DNA from: Planctomycetota bacterium
Lineage (GTDB): Bacteria; Planctomycetota; UBA8108; SXIK01
Direction: 5' to 3'
DNA length: 64,000 nt
Assembly: GCA_965223265.1 (NCBI GenBank)
Contig: OZ244999.1
Span: 4,412,188 to 4,476,187 of the forward strand
Position numbers and translations under genes: made by a program. Positions within the stretch are counted from its first letter, which is position 1; the number at the start of each line of letters is the position of its first letter. Of this stretch, positions 62,035 through 64,000 are shown piece after piece. The notes under the pieces were generated by a model that saw only the letters and a list, made by a program, of their open reading frames with translations, was not told the DNA's origin and made no database searches.

Positions 62035-63429
62035 TCAGTACTGCCGACGGCTCGCTTCGATCGCAGCACAAATCTCGTCCGCGCTACTCTGCGTCGACTC
62101 ATGGTTCGGGCCTTCGACCATAACGCGCGCCAGCGGCTCGGTGCCCGAATACCTCAAGACCACCCGCCCCTCGGCTCCGAGGCGCTCCTCGACACGCTGG
62201 ACAGCCTCAAGCACACCGGCAAGCTCAGCGAATGGCACCTTCTCGTCCACTTCGACATTCTGAATGAGCTGGGGAAATCGGCGCATGATCGCGCTCTCAG
62301 CATCCAGATCTAGATCGTCTGTCTGCAGCACATCCAGCAGACGGATCCCGGACAAGATGCCATCGCCGGTCGGTGCATCGTCGAGGAAAATAGTGTGCCC
62401 AGACTGCTCGCCACCGATCGGGTGACCACCGGCGACCATGGCATCGTAGACGTTTCTATCACCCACGTCAGTCCGCAGGAGCTGCAGCTGCTGATCCCGA
62501 AGGGCCAGCTCAAGCCCAATGTTCGACATGGACGTTGCGACCAGCGTCTTCGTCGGGAGCCTACCGTTCGCAAGAAAGTAGCGCGCCGCCAGAGCGATCA
62601 CAAAGTCGCCGTCGAGCACCTGTCCCGTTTTCGTGATCGGGATCATGCGGTCTCCATCGCCATCGAAACAGAGCCCAATCGTCGCTCCACCGCCTTCACC
62701 GGTGAGCCTCTCTGCCAGCGCTTCTGGATGCGTGGCTCCGGTGCCGGCGTTGATGTTGAACCCGTCGGGTGCGTCCCCGATGACGTCCACGACCATACCG
62801 AGGCGACGGAAAACCTCGGGCGCAACGCGGTACGTCGCTCCGTTCGCGGTGTCGAGCGCAATGCGGCGTCCGCGCAGACGACTCGGATTCCAGCACGAAG
62901 CGACCAAGTGATCGACATAATCGGCCCGGCCCTGAGCTGCACGATCTTCCGGATCACTAGTCGCGCGCACTTCCACAGCGTCGACACGGGCAAACGCCTC
63001 TTCAACCGCACGCTCAAACTCTGGGGAAACCTTGGCACCGACCGGCGAAAAGAACTTAACCCCGTTGTCAGCAGCGGGATTATGAGAAGCCGAAAGTACA
63101 ATCCCAAGTGCTGCGTCCTGCGCACGACTTGCCAGATGGGCGACGCCCGGGGTCGGAAGCACACCGACGTCCACGACGCCGAATCCCCGCGCACCCAAGG
63201 TCTGTGCGATGAGCTTGAGAAGATGCGGCCCCGAGTCCCGCGTGTCTCTGCCGACGAGCACACGGCTCCCAACGCGCCCAACTGGAAAATCGACTGGAAA
63301 GTTCTCCGGCTGACTGAGCACCCGTGCGGTGGCTTCCAGGATTCTCCGGACGCTGTCATCCGCAAGAAGGCCTTGGCCGGCCTTGTCGCGCACCCCGTCG
63401 GTGCCAAAAAGGCGCCGATCATCACCCAT
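62035..63429 (-). CDS. glmM: Phosphoglucosamine mutase
   Basis: FGTDGVRD N-terminus. Active-site Ser loop (SASHNPAADNGVKFF). Four-domain PGM/PMM architecture. ATG at 63429 has GAGGA 9 nt upstream. Confidence 0.9.
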   Translation of the reverse strand: MGDDRRLFGTDGVRDKAGQGLLADDSVRRILEATARVLSQPENFPVDFPVGRVGSRVLVGRDTRDSGPHLLKLIAQTLGARGFGVVDVGVLPTPGVAHLASRAQDAALGIVLSASHNPAADNGVKFFSPVGAKVSPEFERAVEEAFARVDAVEVRATSDPEDRAAQGRADYVDHLVASCWNPSRLRGRRIALDTANGATYRVAPEVFRRLGMVVDVIGDAPDGFNINAGTGATHPEALAERLTGEGGGATIGLCFDGDGDRMIPITKTGQVLDGDFVIALAARYFLANGRLPTKTLVATSMSNIGLELALRDQQLQLLRTDVGDRNVYDAMVAGGHPIGGEQSGHTIFLDDAPTGDGILSGIRLLDVLQTDDLDLDAESAIMRRFPQLIQNVEVDEKVPFAELAGVLEAVQRVEERLGAEGRVVLRYSGTEPLARVMVEGPNHESTQSSADEICAAIEASRRQY

Positions 63430-63483
63430 AGGACTCACTCCTCGCTGGATTGGACAGACCGCGCCGCATGACCCCTTCCGCGT

Positions 63484-64000
63484 TTACTCTTGGCACGGTT
63501 TGATGACGTAGTACCACGGGCCTGGATCACTAGCATCCGCCTGCACGCGAACAAGCGGCCAGCGTGGAACGATTAAGGAGGAAGACGTGAAGGTCCCAGA
63601 AGTCTCTTCGCCCGAGCCGGTCGGAAGTGAGTCCGCTTCGATCGCGAAGTTCACCGACACCTGAGAATTCTCTTTTGCAAGCTCCTCCTCGAGGCGCTCA
63701 ATGTCGTCCTGAGGTCCGACCAACACAACGGCCACGCGGTCTGGACACTCAATACTCAGGGGCTCAGTGAATGGAGGAATGCGCAGCGTCAACGGCATCA
63801 CGCGCTCGATACTCTTCTCGCTGAGTTTGAGAGAGACGTGGACATCCACCTTCAGAGGATCAACTTTCACGACATCCAAAGCGGCTTGATCGACGTTGGG
63901 ATCAAGCGAAAACACTCGAACCGCGACCGTACCGTCATATTTTAGCTCACGCAGATCGGAATCGGTCAGCTCGGTGTCAATACTGATCTGCAGCGACGAG
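63484..64000 (-). CDS. YbbR-like domain protein (CdaR-like), 3' part; gene continues beyond the right edge
   Basis: Repeated beta-rich segments (VKVDPLKVDVHVSL..., TEPLSIECPDRVAVVLVGP) resembling YbbR repeats. Located immediately upstream of glmM, as in the cdaA-cdaR-glmM arrangement. The frame stays open to the window edge. Confidence 0.5.
   Translation of the reverse strand, partial: SSLQISIDTELTDSDLRELKYDGTVAVRVFSLDPNVDQAALDVVKVDPLKVDVHVSLKLSEKSIERVMPLTLRIPPFTEPLSIECPDRVAVVLVGPQDDIERLEEELAKENSQVSVNFAIEADSLPTGSGEETSGTFTSSSLIVPRWPLVRVQADASDPGPWYYVIKPCQE

Noticed and set aside
62395-63471. 358-aa plus-strand ORF and 260-aa minus-strand ORF 62643..63425
   Set aside because: One is antisense to glmM and the other is an alternative frame within it; glmM is unambiguous.

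Overview
This is a high-GC (roughly 65%) bacterial chromosomal segment, densely coded on both strands. Its gene content looks Planctomycetota-like: giant PKD/Ig/LamG proteins, a cohesin+dockerin secreted protein, DUF1015, squalene-oxidase-repeat proteins and many TPR lipoproteins. Most genes are recognisable housekeeping loci (thrS, carB, prfB, pyrF, ribD, miaB, ubiB-like, sucCD, dapA, glmM, nrnA-like, yhaM-like). Accessory-looking loci include a yhaO/yhaN-like (SbcCD-like) nuclease/ATPase operon, a gldA/gldF/gldG-like ABC exporter with a DUF4340 partner, and several secreted hypothetical proteins. The most striking element is a 9.1-kb gene (11139..20246, minus strand) encoding a 3035-aa secreted protein. 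It has an N-terminal PQQ-sugar-dehydrogenase-like beta-propeller followed by four [DUF2341-LamG(-Ig-Ig-PKD)] modules, and it contains three near-identical, in-frame 1797-bp tandem repeats at the DNA level. Other signals are an ORF-free ~1 kb gap with a strong intrinsic terminator (candidate ncRNA), a 13-bp x6 tandem repeat, and a direct-repeat operator-like motif upstream of the giant gene. By eye I found no CRISPR array, transposase, integrase, rRNA or tRNA. Because of the GC content, many long antisense shadow ORFs appear in the six-frame track; I rejected these.
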